A DNA stretch of 64,000 nt from Candidatus Peregrinibacteria bacterium. GTDB lineage: Bacteria > Patescibacteriota > Gracilibacteria > UBA1369. Positions within the stretch are counted from its first letter, which is position 1. Every line of letters begins with the position of its first letter. Below are positions 17,519 through 26,754 of this stretch, piece by piece. The stretch lies in contig OY970195.1 of assembly GCA_963708185.1 (NCBI GenBank), positions 1,088,001 to 1,152,000 on the forward strand, read 5' to 3'. The notes beneath the pieces are model-generated. The model did no database searches, was not told the origin of the DNA, and saw nothing but the letters and a program-made list of their open reading frames with translations. The position numbers and the translations under genes are program-made.

Positions 17519-18280
17519 TCAGGCGCGGGCGCGAGTGGGCTTGCTGCCCTCGAGCACCGGCGGCATCACGTTCTGGATGGTCGCCATGTACTCGGTGGCC
17601 GTCTCGACGACATCGCGCGGAACGTTCGTCGTCGGATGGGCCTCCTCGGTCCTCAGCCCCTTCACGACCGGAGTGATCGTGGCGGGATTGAGCTTGCCCT
17701 GGGTCTTGATGGCCGTGGGCAGGATCGCGGCGATGACGTTGTTGTCCGGCGAACCGAAGTTGCCGACCTGACGGAGAGCGACCTGGGCGAGCGACTGCTT
17801 GTTGTTGTCGCCGAAGTCCACCTCCGTGGTGACCATCGCGTTGAAGATCGAGGCGACGCCCTGGCTCGTGATGATCGGGTCGATGTCCTTCCCTCCGAAA
17901 ATCTGCTTCTGCCCCTTCGTCAGCGCGACGTGATCGGCGTTGGCGAGACATGCGTTGAGGAAGATCCCCCACGCCCGTCCCGCCGGCTCGAGGAACATCG
18001 CCGTCGAGGCGATGTAGCGCTCGGCCTGCTGAACACGCTCACGCACGTCGTCCTTGATCTTGCCGACGGTGTCGTCCAGGGCCTTGGTGATGGTCGGGCC
18101 GAGGATCTCCTCCGTGAGGCCGAGCGTGCGGATCATGGCGATCGCACCCGGGTTCTCGAGGAAGAAGTTGCGGTTCTCCTTGATCGCGGTCTCGATGGTG
18201 AGGGCGATGAGGATCTCCGGACGGACGTTGACGACGATGTGGGTGGGCTTGAGCTTGTGGTAGTTATGGGTAGTCTGCAT
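17519..18280 (-). CDS. Orphan protein (253 aa) with strongly G/C-ending codons
   Basis: Clean codon periodicity (ATC, GTC, GAG, AAG, GCC) from ATG at 18280; no recognisable domain. Confidence 0.8.
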   Translation of the reverse strand: MQTTHNYHKLKPTHIVVNVRPEILIALTIETAIKENRNFFLENPGAIAMIRTLGLTEEILGPTITKALDDTVGKIKDDVRERVQQAERYIASTAMFLEPAGRAWGIFLNACLANADHVALTKGQKQIFGGKDIDPIITSQGVASIFNAMVTTEVDFGDNNKQSLAQVALRQVGNFGSPDNNVIAAILPTAIKTQGKLNPATITPVVKGLRTEEAHPTTNVPRDVVETATEYMATIQNVMPPVLEGSKPTRARA

Positions 18281-18310
18281 TTTTTTGTACCGTATCCTTG
18301 TTGGAAACTC

Positions 18311-18496
18311 CCACGGGAAATCCGTGGAGGTGATTTCGGAAACCATTTCCGAGAGCACCTGAAAAAGATGAAGTCGCCGTTTTTGCGGCGGGGCGGGCTT
18401 CATCCCTTGCTGGTACCATCGGAAACTTCCGTAACGGTAGTGTGTTTTGCTTTGTCCTCCCGGCGCTGTACCTTGCGGCATGGCACGGGAAACAAA
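18311..18496. other. Run of five consecutive stem-loops (candidate structured 5' leader or ncRNA)
   Basis: Stems at 18311-18327, 18328-18360, 18367-18404, 18414-18439, 18451-18496. Confidence 0.55.
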
Positions 18497-18649
18497 TCCC
18501 AAATACTTTTTCTTCTGCATGTGAAAGATCAGCTTGCGGGTTTTCTTTATTCAAAAAAAACACGCGAGTGATATTCAACCGAAATCTGCAAACTTAGTCA
18601 ACCCGAAGTTCTTGCTGAATTCCTGTTTTGTTGAATTTTAAGCTGTTTT

Positions 18650-19873
18650 TTAGACCTTTTTTAGGTTTTTGAGGTACTCGGCGAGAGCGGCGAGGGCATC
18701 CTTGAGTTCTTCAGGCTTGGCACCGAAGGACGCGCGCACGTAGCCGGGTTTGCCGAACGCCGATCCGGGGACCATAGCCACGTTGGCTTCTTCCAGAACG
18801 TGTTCGCAGAATTTGACGTCATCATAGAATTCGCGGTCAAAGGCGCGCAGCGGGACGAAGCTGTAGAACGCGGAGTGAGGCGCCTTCAGACCCGCTCCGG
18901 GAAAAAGATCGTTGAAGGTGTCGGTAAAAACATCTCGGCGGTGTTTCATTTCCTTGTTGATTTCCGGAGTGATTGTTGAGGCTTTATCCAGCGCAGCGAT
19001 GGCCGCCCACTGACTGATGATGCTGGTCCCCGTGATGCTCTGCCCCTGGATCTTGATGAGCGTTTTGGTGATCTCCTCCGGGGCGAAAACGAAGCCAACG
19101 CGCCAGCCGGTCATGCCGAAGTTCTTGGAACAGCTCTGGACGACGATAACGTGGTCCGCGTGATCCCAGAACGATCCGCAGGAAACGTATGTTTTGTTGT
19201 CGTACGTAAGACCGCTGTAGACCTCGTCGGACATGACGAAGATGTTTTTGTCGCGGCAGACATCAAGGATTTTTTTGAGCTCCTGTTCGGTGTAGAGCAC
19301 GCCCGTGGGATTGGACCCGTTATTGATGATGAGCATTTTGGTTTTGGCGGTGCAGGCCGCGGCGATTTGCTCGGGCCGGACCTTCCAGGCGTTTTCGCTT
19401 AAAACGCCATCCGCCCTTAGGGTTGAGGCGTCTTTTTCTTCGGTCTGGACGATAACCGGCCGTCCCCCAAAAAGCGAAACCATCGGCGGATAGGAAACCC
19501 AGTACGGCGCGATGACGATGACTTCGTCACCTTCGTTTAAAAGGGCCTGCAGCAGCAGATAGATGCCGAACTTGCCACCGCAGCTCACCAGGGTGTTTTT
19601 GATGGCGTAGTTAGTCTTATACAGCTCGTTCGTCCAGAGCGAGGCTTTATCGCGCAGCTCCTCGACGCCGGCGACCGGAGGATAGAGCGTACGACCCTGG
19701 TCTATGGCCAGGTCAACCTCCTGCTTCATGTAGTGCGCGGTGTTCATGATGGGTTCGCCAGCGGACAGGTTGAAAACGCGCTGGCCGGATTTCTTCTTTT
19801 CCTGGGCGATGGAATTGATCGTGACCGTCGCTGACGGCGGAATGTGGACCCGAGAGGAAAAAATGTCTTTCAT
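18650..19873 (-). CDS. Class I/II PLP aminotransferase (aspartate/aromatic)
   Basis: NLSAGEP, NGSNPTG, SDEVYS, SCSKNFGMTGWRVG, VPGSAFG. Confidence 0.95.
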   Translation of the reverse strand: MKDIFSSRVHIPPSATVTINSIAQEKKKSGQRVFNLSAGEPIMNTAHYMKQEVDLAIDQGRTLYPPVAGVEELRDKASLWTNELYKTNYAIKNTLVSCGGKFGIYLLLQALLNEGDEVIVIAPYWVSYPPMVSLFGGRPVIVQTEEKDASTLRADGVLSENAWKVRPEQIAAACTAKTKMLIINNGSNPTGVLYTEQELKKILDVCRDKNIFVMSDEVYSGLTYDNKTYVSCGSFWDHADHVIVVQSCSKNFGMTGWRVGFVFAPEEITKTLIKIQGQSITGTSIISQWAAIAALDKASTITPEINKEMKHRRDVFTDTFNDLFPGAGLKAPHSAFYSFVPLRAFDREFYDDVKFCEHVLEEANVAMVPGSAFGKPGYVRASFGAKPEELKDALAALAEYLKNLKKV

Positions 19874-19915
19874 GAAGGTCTTGAAAAGTTCACGCACACT
19901 TTAGCATGGGTTTTG

Positions 19916-20209
19916 TTATTTTTGGATGCTTTTTGACTCTTCCATGACGAGGTCAAAAATTTTGCGAAGAGTTTTGTAGGTGATGCCATGTTTTTTGGCG
20001 AGCGCCTGGTGAAATTTTTTGAGTTCTTTTTCGCGTTTAGGGTCTTTTATTTTGATGTTTTCGCGTTTTTTTATGGTACCGATTTTTCGCGAAACGGCCA
20101 TGCGCAGCGCTACGCTTCGTATGATCGATGCGTCGAGCCGGTCTATGGCGGCGCGGAGTTCAATGATGTTTTTATCGGCCTGTTTTTGAGGTTTTTTTGA
20201 TGATGTCAT
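19916..20209 (-). CDS. Chorismate mutase (type II, monofunctional)
   Basis: LRAAIDRLDASII...RMAVSRKIGTIK...DPKRE...MEESKSIQ. Confidence 0.92.
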   Translation of the reverse strand: MTSSKKPQKQADKNIIELRAAIDRLDASIIRSVALRMAVSRKIGTIKKRENIKIKDPKREKELKKFHQALAKKHGITYKTLRKIFDLVMEESKSIQK

Positions 20210-20954
20210 GATCAAGTTTTTGTAAGGATCTGAGAAAAATTTGGCGAGTTTTTTTTGTGTAAGGGTTGGCGCTTTGCATGTCGTAAAAAAGTTCCCATGT
20301 GTCGTTGTGAACCATCTCGTTCATGCGAAGCAGCGTCTGGTAATCCGGTGTTGAAATGGCTTGCGTATGCAATTTGATGTCGGCAAGAGCGCGACCGATG
20401 AAGTGTACGAGCGCCTGGGAGCGGGCCATCTGGCGGTCGTGCTGTTCAGGCGTGGCATGGATGATCTTGAGATGAAGTTCTTTGAGAATTTTTTCAAAAT
20501 TCCGGAGCTGGGTTTTACTTGAATGAACATCGCAGACAACTATTTTTTGGTTTTTGAGACCGAAACGTTTGACGGAATCGGGGCCGAACAGCGGATGGGT
20601 GGCAATGACCGGTTGTCCTTTGGGAAGCAGTTTTTCCATGGCCCTTACTGGTGCTGCTTTCACTGAGCAGGCGTCGATGACCACCGTTTCAGGAGGCAGA
20701 AGAGTAGCGATTTTTTTACAGATGTTGTCGATCCGGGAAATGGGAACGAGCAGAAAAACAAGATCGGATCTGGCGACTTCCGGGAGTGAAACAAATCGTA
20801 TTTTTTTTGAGGCAGACGAATTTCCGGATGAAATCTTATCAAAAACTTTTACCTCTCCGAGCGGTTTGAGGCAGCTCGCCCAGAGTTTTCCAAAACGTCC
20901 GTATCCGATGATGCCGAAGGTTGGTTTTGCCGATTTTGCGGCCCTTTTCTTCAT
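20172..20954 (-). CDS. tyrA: Prephenate/arogenate dehydrogenase
   Basis: GIIGYGRFG, DACSVK, ATHPLFGP, HDRQMARSQALVH. Confidence 0.93.
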   Translation of the reverse strand: MKKRAAKSAKPTFGIIGYGRFGKLWASCLKPLGEVKVFDKISSGNSSASKKIRFVSLPEVARSDLVFLLVPISRIDNICKKIATLLPPETVVIDACSVKAAPVRAMEKLLPKGQPVIATHPLFGPDSVKRFGLKNQKIVVCDVHSSKTQLRNFEKILKELHLKIIHATPEQHDRQMARSQALVHFIGRALADIKLHTQAISTPDYQTLLRMNEMVHNDTWELFYDMQSANPYTKKTRQIFLRSLQKLDHDIIKKTSKTGR

Positions 20955-21562
20955 TTTGTGACAACGATAAAAGTGGTGAGATTGGGATGATTGTCCTGGA
21001 TGCCTTTAGCCAGAAGTTTGAGTTTATAGAGCTGCGCGGAACGCGCCGGGGCGATGACGGCGGTGTCTTTTTTAAGTACGCCTTTGGCCAGATCACGGGC
21101 GGCTTTGGCCGTATCTTCCCATTCAATGAGCTGTGCATTCGGGAATTCGCGGCGGATGTATCGTTCGCACTGGGAGATGGCCTGCGGGTGGGTGGCAATT
21201 TTTTTGATCTGTTTTTTGGTGATGCCGGGTTTGACCATGAGGCACTGGTAGACTTCGAACCAGAGTTCGCCGGTGTATTTAAAAAGATGGTTCCCCATGG
21301 CTTCAAACGCCGTTTGCACAAGACCGCCGCGCGAGTTCACCACGGGAAAAATGCCGATGTCGGCCTGCCTGCGGTCGAGAGCCTTGAGCACGCCTTCCAT
21401 GTCGATGGAAAAAACGATTTTCGGTTTGATGCCGTTGCGCTGGGCGTACAACAGGCCGGCTTCTTCGCTGAACGATCCGGCGTCGCCGGAGACGGCGATG
21501 CGGAGTTGTTGCCTGACGGTAGTTCCACGGGCTGGTCGCCGTGATTTTTTAGAGGTCTTCAA
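20951..21562 (-). CDS. pheA: Prephenate dehydratase (catalytic domain only, no ACT domain)
   Basis: GDAGSFSEEA, PVVNSRGG, THPQAISQC, DTAKAA, IQDNHPNLTTF; start uncertain (TTG 21562). Confidence 0.9.
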   Translation of the reverse strand: MKTSKKSRRPARGTTVRQQLRIAVSGDAGSFSEEAGLLYAQRNGIKPKIVFSIDMEGVLKALDRRQADIGIFPVVNSRGGLVQTAFEAMGNHLFKYTGELWFEVYQCLMVKPGITKKQIKKIATHPQAISQCERYIRREFPNAQLIEWEDTAKAARDLAKGVLKKDTAVIAPARSAQLYKLKLLAKGIQDNHPNLTTFIVVTK

Positions 21563-22709
21563 GGCGTGCAGTTTTGTTAAGTAATACGTGATCAACAAGG
21601 ACGAGGGCGACCATGGCTTCTCCGATGGGGACGGCGCGGGGGGCGACGCAGGGGTCGTGGCGACCGTGGACTTCGATGGTGGCTTTACGTCCTTTTGTGT
21701 CCACGGTTTGCTGTTTTTGGGCGATGCTGGAGGCGGGTTTCAACGCGAATCTAAGGATGATGGGCTCGCCGTTGCTGATGCCGCCGACCATGCCGCCGGC
21801 GCGGTTGGTTGCGGTGCCTATGCGTTTTGAACTGTGCGAGCCGCGCGAGGATTTGACGAGCGCGGCGGATTTTGCGATCCACCGGTCGTTGTTCTGCGAA
21901 GCGCGCCGGGAGGCGACGGCGAAGCCGTCGCCGATCTCGAATCCTTTAACCGCGGGAATACTCATGATGCCTTGGGCGAGGTCGGCGGAGAGCTTGTGAA
22001 AGACCGGTTCGCCGAGGCCCGGTGGAACATTTTGGGCGATGATTTCCACGACGCCGCCGATTGAATCGAGGTCTTTGCGTGCGGTTTCGACCTCTTTGAT
22101 CATGGCCTTGAGGACTTTTGGGTCCGGGCAGCGGAGAGGGTTGGATTCGATGAATTTTTGATCAAATGTTTTGGAACGACCGCCGCCGAGAGCTGCGTGA
22201 ATGGCTTCTGCGTTGGTGATTTTTACCGTGCCGATCTGCGTGATGTAGCCGAAAATTTTGACGCCGGATTTGGCGAGGATTTTTTTGGCGATCGCACCGG
22301 CTGCCACGCGGGCAATGGTTTCCCGCGCGCTGGCTCTGCCACCGCCGCGCCAGTCACGGAAACCGTACTTGGCGTCGCAGGTAAAGTCCGCGTGGCCTGG
22401 CCTGTAGAGTTCTTTTATTTTCTCGTACGGCTTGGAAATGTGGTCTTTGTTATGGACCAGAATCGCGATGGGGGTTCCCGTGGTTTTGCCTTCAAACGTG
22501 CCGGATAAAATTTCGGCTTCGTCTTTTTCCTGGCGCGTGGTGGTGAGGTGACTCGTCCCGGGCCGGCGGCGGTCAAGTTCTTGCTGGATGTCTTTTTCGC
22601 TCAGGGCGAGTCCCGCAGGGCAGCCGTCAATGACCACGCCAATGGCTTTGCCGTGCGATTCGCCGAAAGTGGTGATTTTGAAGAGTTGTCCGAAAGAGTT
22701 TCCAGGCAT
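21549..22709 (-). CDS. aroC: Chorismate synthase
   Basis: TTFGESHG, RPGHAD, GGGRASARET, GGISNG, GRHDPCV. Confidence 0.98.
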   Translation of the reverse strand: MPGNSFGQLFKITTFGESHGKAIGVVIDGCPAGLALSEKDIQQELDRRRPGTSHLTTTRQEKDEAEILSGTFEGKTTGTPIAILVHNKDHISKPYEKIKELYRPGHADFTCDAKYGFRDWRGGGRASARETIARVAAGAIAKKILAKSGVKIFGYITQIGTVKITNAEAIHAALGGGRSKTFDQKFIESNPLRCPDPKVLKAMIKEVETARKDLDSIGGVVEIIAQNVPPGLGEPVFHKLSADLAQGIMSIPAVKGFEIGDGFAVASRRASQNNDRWIAKSAALVKSSRGSHSSKRIGTATNRAGGMVGGISNGEPIILRFALKPASSIAQKQQTVDTKGRKATIEVHGRHDPCVAPRAVPIGEAMVALVLVDHVLLNKTARLEDL

Positions 22710-22723
22710 AGTTCCCGCGGAGG

Positions 22724-23851
22724 TTAGTTAATAAAAAATTCCAAAGCTTTTTTGACGATTTTTTTATCGACAGGATGGCCGAACATGCCTTTAGCATCGG
22801 TTTTCACTTTTCCTATGCGCTCGAGCAAAACATATTTTACTTTGCCGCTGCCGGATTTTTTATCCATCAGTGTCAGCCTCAAAATATCTTCAATCTTAAA
22901 ATTGCAAAGGTCTTTTTCCTTAATACCGAACTGTTTCATGCTCTCACGCACGGTGCGGAAATCTTTTTCGCTCAATACGCCGAGCAGTTGCGCAATCTTG
23001 CTTTCCACGAGAATGCCGAGCGCCACACTGTAGCCGTGGAGAAACCTGTAGTTACTCAGATGTTCGACGGCGTGGCCGATGGTGTGTCCCCAGTTGACGA
23101 CCATGCGCTCGTTGGCTTCGTGCTCGTCACGGACAACGACGCCGATTTTGAGTTCGATTGAACGCGCGATGATTTTTTGGAGCAATGTTTGTTTTTTTGC
23201 GAGAATGTTTTTCCAGTTTTTTCTGGTGAATTCGAACGAGGGTTTGTCGTAGGTGAGAAAAATTTTCACGGACTCCATAAGGCCGTTGACGAGCTGTTCA
23301 CGGGGGAGTTTCTTGAGACAATCGGTATCGGCGATCACGGCTCTGGGATGCCAGAAAGCGCCGACGAGATTTTTGCCGTACGGCGTGTCGACGCCGACTT
23401 TTCCGCCGATGGAACTGTCGACCATGGCAAGAAAAGAGGTGGGAATTTGGATGTAAGGAATTCCGCGCATGTAGGTCGCCGCGACGTAGCCCGCGGTGTC
23501 ACCGACGACGCCACCGCCGAGGGCCAGGATCATGGTGTCGCGGCCGCATTTTTTGGCGAGCATGGCGTGGGTGAGTTTGCGGTGCGTGTCTTCGTTCTTG
23601 TACTTTTCACCGGAAGGAAAAGTGATGAGATCGGCACGCAAACCGGCTTCGTGAAAACTTTCCAGGAGTTTGTTTCCGAACAGTTTTTTCAGGGATGCCC
23701 CGGTGATAATGACGTACCTCGACGCCGGTTTGCCGTTGGAAAACTTGAAACGGCTCACGGTTTTCGGAAGATTTTTGAGCAATCCCGGCCCCACGAATAT
23801 GCGATAGTGCTGCGCTTCCGGGCGTGGCAACATGATGTCGAGTGTTTTCAT
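22724..23851 (-). CDS. aroB: 3-dehydroquinate synthase
   Basis: ALGGGVVGDTAGYVAATYMRG, DSSIGGKVG, GKNLVGAF, NWGHTIGHAVE; ATG 23851 overlaps upstream stop. Confidence 0.97.
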   Translation of the reverse strand: MKTLDIMLPRPEAQHYRIFVGPGLLKNLPKTVSRFKFSNGKPASRYVIITGASLKKLFGNKLLESFHEAGLRADLITFPSGEKYKNEDTHRKLTHAMLAKKCGRDTMILALGGGVVGDTAGYVAATYMRGIPYIQIPTSFLAMVDSSIGGKVGVDTPYGKNLVGAFWHPRAVIADTDCLKKLPREQLVNGLMESVKIFLTYDKPSFEFTRKNWKNILAKKQTLLQKIIARSIELKIGVVVRDEHEANERMVVNWGHTIGHAVEHLSNYRFLHGYSVALGILVESKIAQLLGVLSEKDFRTVRESMKQFGIKEKDLCNFKIEDILRLTLMDKKSGSGKVKYVLLERIGKVKTDAKGMFGHPVDKKIVKKALEFFIN

Positions 23852-24884
23852 GACTGTGAGGCTATGGTGTGTAAGAGTTCTTCGGTCTGTTCCCAACTCA
23901 GGCACGGATCGGTAATGGAAAGTCCCTCCTTGTCCACGGTTTCGGCGGTAAGCTTTTCGGCCTTCTGGCAACCGCTTTTGAGGAAACTTTCGAACATGAA
24001 TCCTTTGACGAGTTTGCGAAGATCGGGATACAGCTTGAGGGCGGCCATGACTTCCTGCGCCACGTTGATCTGCTGGATGGGATCTTTGACCCCGTCGATC
24101 TTGCAGTTGTCGTGGCTGGCGTCGATGACGATGGCGGGGTTGCTTACCGCGGCTTTTTCCAGGTATTTTTTGGCGATCATAATGTCTTCCACGTGGTAGT
24201 TGGGACGGTCCAGGCCGCCGCGCAGAACCAGATGCGCGTGGGGGTTGCCGTGGGTTTCGACCTGGGCGCCGTGGAACACGGCGGTGTGGCCGTGCTGCGC
24301 GGCGATGATGCTGTTGACGCCGATTTCGAGCGATCCACTCGTGGGGTTTTTCATGCCCACGGGGCATTCGACGGCGGAAGCAAAGATACGGTGTTCCTGA
24401 TCTTCGGTGCTGCGGGCGCCGATGGCCACCCAGGAGAGTAGTTCAATGAACCCTTTGGCGTTGTGGGTGAAGACCGCTTCGTCGGCGATGGGCAGGCCCA
24501 TTTCGATGACCTTCACCATCATGCTGCGTGCGTAGCGGATACCTTCCCCGATGTCCGGCGGCGCGAAGGGATCGGGCTGGTTCACGGGCCCGTCCAGCCT
24601 TTGCTCGTGCGGGGTTTCTGAATGTAGACGCGCATGATGATCTTGAGTTTGTCGTGCAGTTTCTCTTCAAGTTTTTTGAGTTTTTCCGCGTATTTGAGCG
24701 TAGCATCGTACGGCCAGGCGGAACACGGTCCGACGATGACGAGCATACGGTCATCTTTTCCGCCAAGGATGTCTTTGACCTCCTGCTTGTCGCGGGCGAC
24801 TTTTTCGTAGGCTGTATCGGAAAGCGGGAATGCCTGGATGATCTCTTCGGTACTGGGAAGCTGTTTGACGGTCGTAAGGTTCAT
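23848..24884 (-). pseudogene. Class I-alpha DAHP synthase, split by a 1-nt frameshift near 24585
   Basis: Part 1 has IVGPCS and RVYIQKPRTSKGWTGP*; part 2 continues in the -1 frame with VNQPD, AIGARSTE, PVGMKN, HLVLRGG, IDASHDN, SITDPC. Confidence 0.9.
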
Positions 24885-24919
24885 TTTTTAAGAAGAAGAA
24901 TGAAGTAAGAATATTGATT

Positions 24920-25750
24920 TTACGCAGGGAGGTCGATCATTGATATGAATTCCGGGGCGATTTTTTCATATAAAGGAGCTTTTCCGAGCCATAATTCAAC
25001 CTGGGCGAGCGCCTGGGCGATGAGCATGACGACTCCGGAAACCGTTTTGGCGCCGACGGCTTTTGCGTCTTTGAGCAGCTGCGTTTCGAGCGGATTATAA
25101 ATGAAATCGAAAACGGCCTGGTCTTTATGGAAAAGATTTTTCGGGAAGGGCGATTCGTCCGCGTGCGGTTCCATGCCCACCGGTGTCGCGTTGACGATAA
25201 CGTCGATTCTGGCTTCGTGCAGATCTTTTTCGCTGACCGATTTTCCGCCGAACTCTTTCATCAGTTCCTTCGCTTTTTGTTCTGTGCGGTTGTGACATAA
25301 AATGTTTGCTCCTTGTTTTTGCAGGAACCAGCACAATGGTCTGGCCGCACCTCCCGCTCCAAGAACGAGAACGTTTTTTGACGCCAACGGGACTCCTTCC
25401 AGCGCATGTTCGATACCGACGACGTCGGTATTATACCCGTAGAGTTTCCCGTTCAGACTCACAACCGTGTTCACCGCGCCGATTTTTTTCGCGGCGTCGT
25501 CGATGATGTCTATGTGCTTCATGACTTCCTGTTTATGGGGCAGGGTGACGGCAAGAAGATGGATAGGGAGCGTGCGCATTATGCCGATCATTTCGCCGAT
25601 ATTTTCCTGCTGAAACGCCAGCAGAACGGCGTTGACGTTCATGGTTTTGTAGATGAGTTCATGGATCTGCGGGCTCCAGGTATGCGCCAACGGGAAGCCT
25701 GTGACGGCGTTGAGCTTCGTTTGCGAGTTGAGGTGGAACTGTTTATCCAT
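24920..25750 (-). CDS. aroE: Shikimate dehydrogenase
   Basis: HTWSPQIH, VTLPHK, IGAVNT, GYNTD, LGAGGAAR, NATPVGM. Confidence 0.97.
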   Translation of the reverse strand: MDKQFHLNSQTKLNAVTGFPLAHTWSPQIHELIYKTMNVNAVLLAFQQENIGEMIGIMRTLPIHLLAVTLPHKQEVMKHIDIIDDAAKKIGAVNTVVSLNGKLYGYNTDVVGIEHALEGVPLASKNVLVLGAGGAARPLCWFLQKQGANILCHNRTEQKAKELMKEFGGKSVSEKDLHEARIDVIVNATPVGMEPHADESPFPKNLFHKDQAVFDFIYNPLETQLLKDAKAVGAKTVSGVVMLIAQALAQVELWLGKAPLYEKIAPEFISMIDLPA

Positions 25751-25756
25751 GGCTTG

Positions 25757-26227
25757 TTAACGGGATTTACGTGGTTTGCGTGATTTAGGCGCCGGTGCGA
25801 TTTTTTTGGAAAGAATTTTCAGCGCTTCGAGATAGCCTTTTTCTTTTTTCCCCGCGATCTGGGCGACGCACGCCGGCGCGGTGACTGAGGTTTTGCGCCA
25901 TTGTTCGCGTTTGTTGATGTTGGAAAGATGGACTTCCACCGCTGGAATTTCAGCGTCCAGGATGGCGTCGTGGATGGCGAAACTGTAATGGGTGAAAGCG
26001 CCGGGATTGATAATCATTCCTGCGGCTTTCGGCGCATTCTGCTGTATAAAATCGATGATCTCACCTTCGTGGTTGGACTGGAACGTTTTGACGGTGAACC
26101 CGTACTTTTTCGCTTCGCCCGCAATGAGCGCTTCAAGATTTTTCAGGGTCAACGTTCCATAATGTTTTTCGGGACGGCGTCCGAGAAAATTGAGATTCGG
26201 GCCGTGGATGAGCAGTATGGTTTTCAT
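25757..26227 (-). CDS. aroQ: Type II 3-dehydroquinate dehydratase
   Basis: HGPNLNFLGRR, QSNHEG, INPGAFTHYS, EVHLSN. Confidence 0.97.
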   Translation of the reverse strand: MKTILLIHGPNLNFLGRRPEKHYGTLTLKNLEALIAGEAKKYGFTVKTFQSNHEGEIIDFIQQNAPKAAGMIINPGAFTHYSFAIHDAILDAEIPAVEVHLSNINKREQWRKTSVTAPACVAQIAGKKEKGYLEALKILSKKIAPAPKSRKPRKSR

Positions 26228-26745
26228 GGTAATTTCTTAAGGATTTCGTTGACGGCTTCATCGACCGATCCCGTATTTTCCACGCTGATATTCGCAAGGT
26301 TTTTGAAAATCGGCTCTCGCTCCTTCCACAGCTTCTTGAAGCTGGTGATCGGCTCTTCGTCCTTCGGGAAAAATGCCGGCTTTCCGTTGATCATTATCCG
26401 TTCAAAAACGATACTCTTGGGCGCGGAAATTTCAATCACGAGATGCCGTTTTATCAACGCCCGGTTCTGTTCCGACATGGGAGTTCCTCCGCCAACCGCC
26501 AAAACCATCGGGCTGTCGGACGCGGTGATTGCGGAAAGTACGCTCGCTTCAAGTTCGCGGAAATATTTTTCCCCGTGCCGTTCCATAATACCGCGGCAGG
26601 AAAGTTTTTCTCCCTTTTGTGTTTCATGCACTTCGACGATGTTGTCGTCGAGATCCACGAAGGCCATTCCCAGGGCTTTCGCCAGGCCTTTTCCGATCGT
26701 TGATTTTCCTGAGTTTTTGAATCCTATAAGGACGATGTGTTGCAT
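26224..26745 (-). CDS. aroK: Shikimate kinase
   Basis: LIGFKNSGKSTIG, FVDLD, GEKYFRELE, AVGGG. Confidence 0.95.
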   Translation of the reverse strand: MQHIVLIGFKNSGKSTIGKGLAKALGMAFVDLDDNIVEVHETQKGEKLSCRGIMERHGEKYFRELEASVLSAITASDSPMVLAVGGGTPMSEQNRALIKRHLVIEISAPKSIVFERIMINGKPAFFPKDEEPITSFKKLWKEREPIFKNLANISVENTGSVDEAVNEILKKLP

Positions 26746-26754
26746 AAATATTTT

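Noticed and set aside
17381-18496. Integrated Obelisk or retron-like element
   Set aside because: The size and structure are suggestive, but I see no Oblin-like motif, no end-to-end rod complementarity and no reverse transcriptase.
22724-24367. 547-aa AroB with a long Arg-rich N-terminus from the ORF track
   Set aside because: The extension is an alternative frame of the DAHP synthase gene; AroB starts at ATG 23851.
24542-24576. H-type pseudoknot downstream of the DAHP synthase shift site (CCCGAT/ATCGGG plus CCTTC/GAAGG)
   Set aside because: Loop 3 would be 0 nt, which is sterically implausible; at most these are alternative hairpins.
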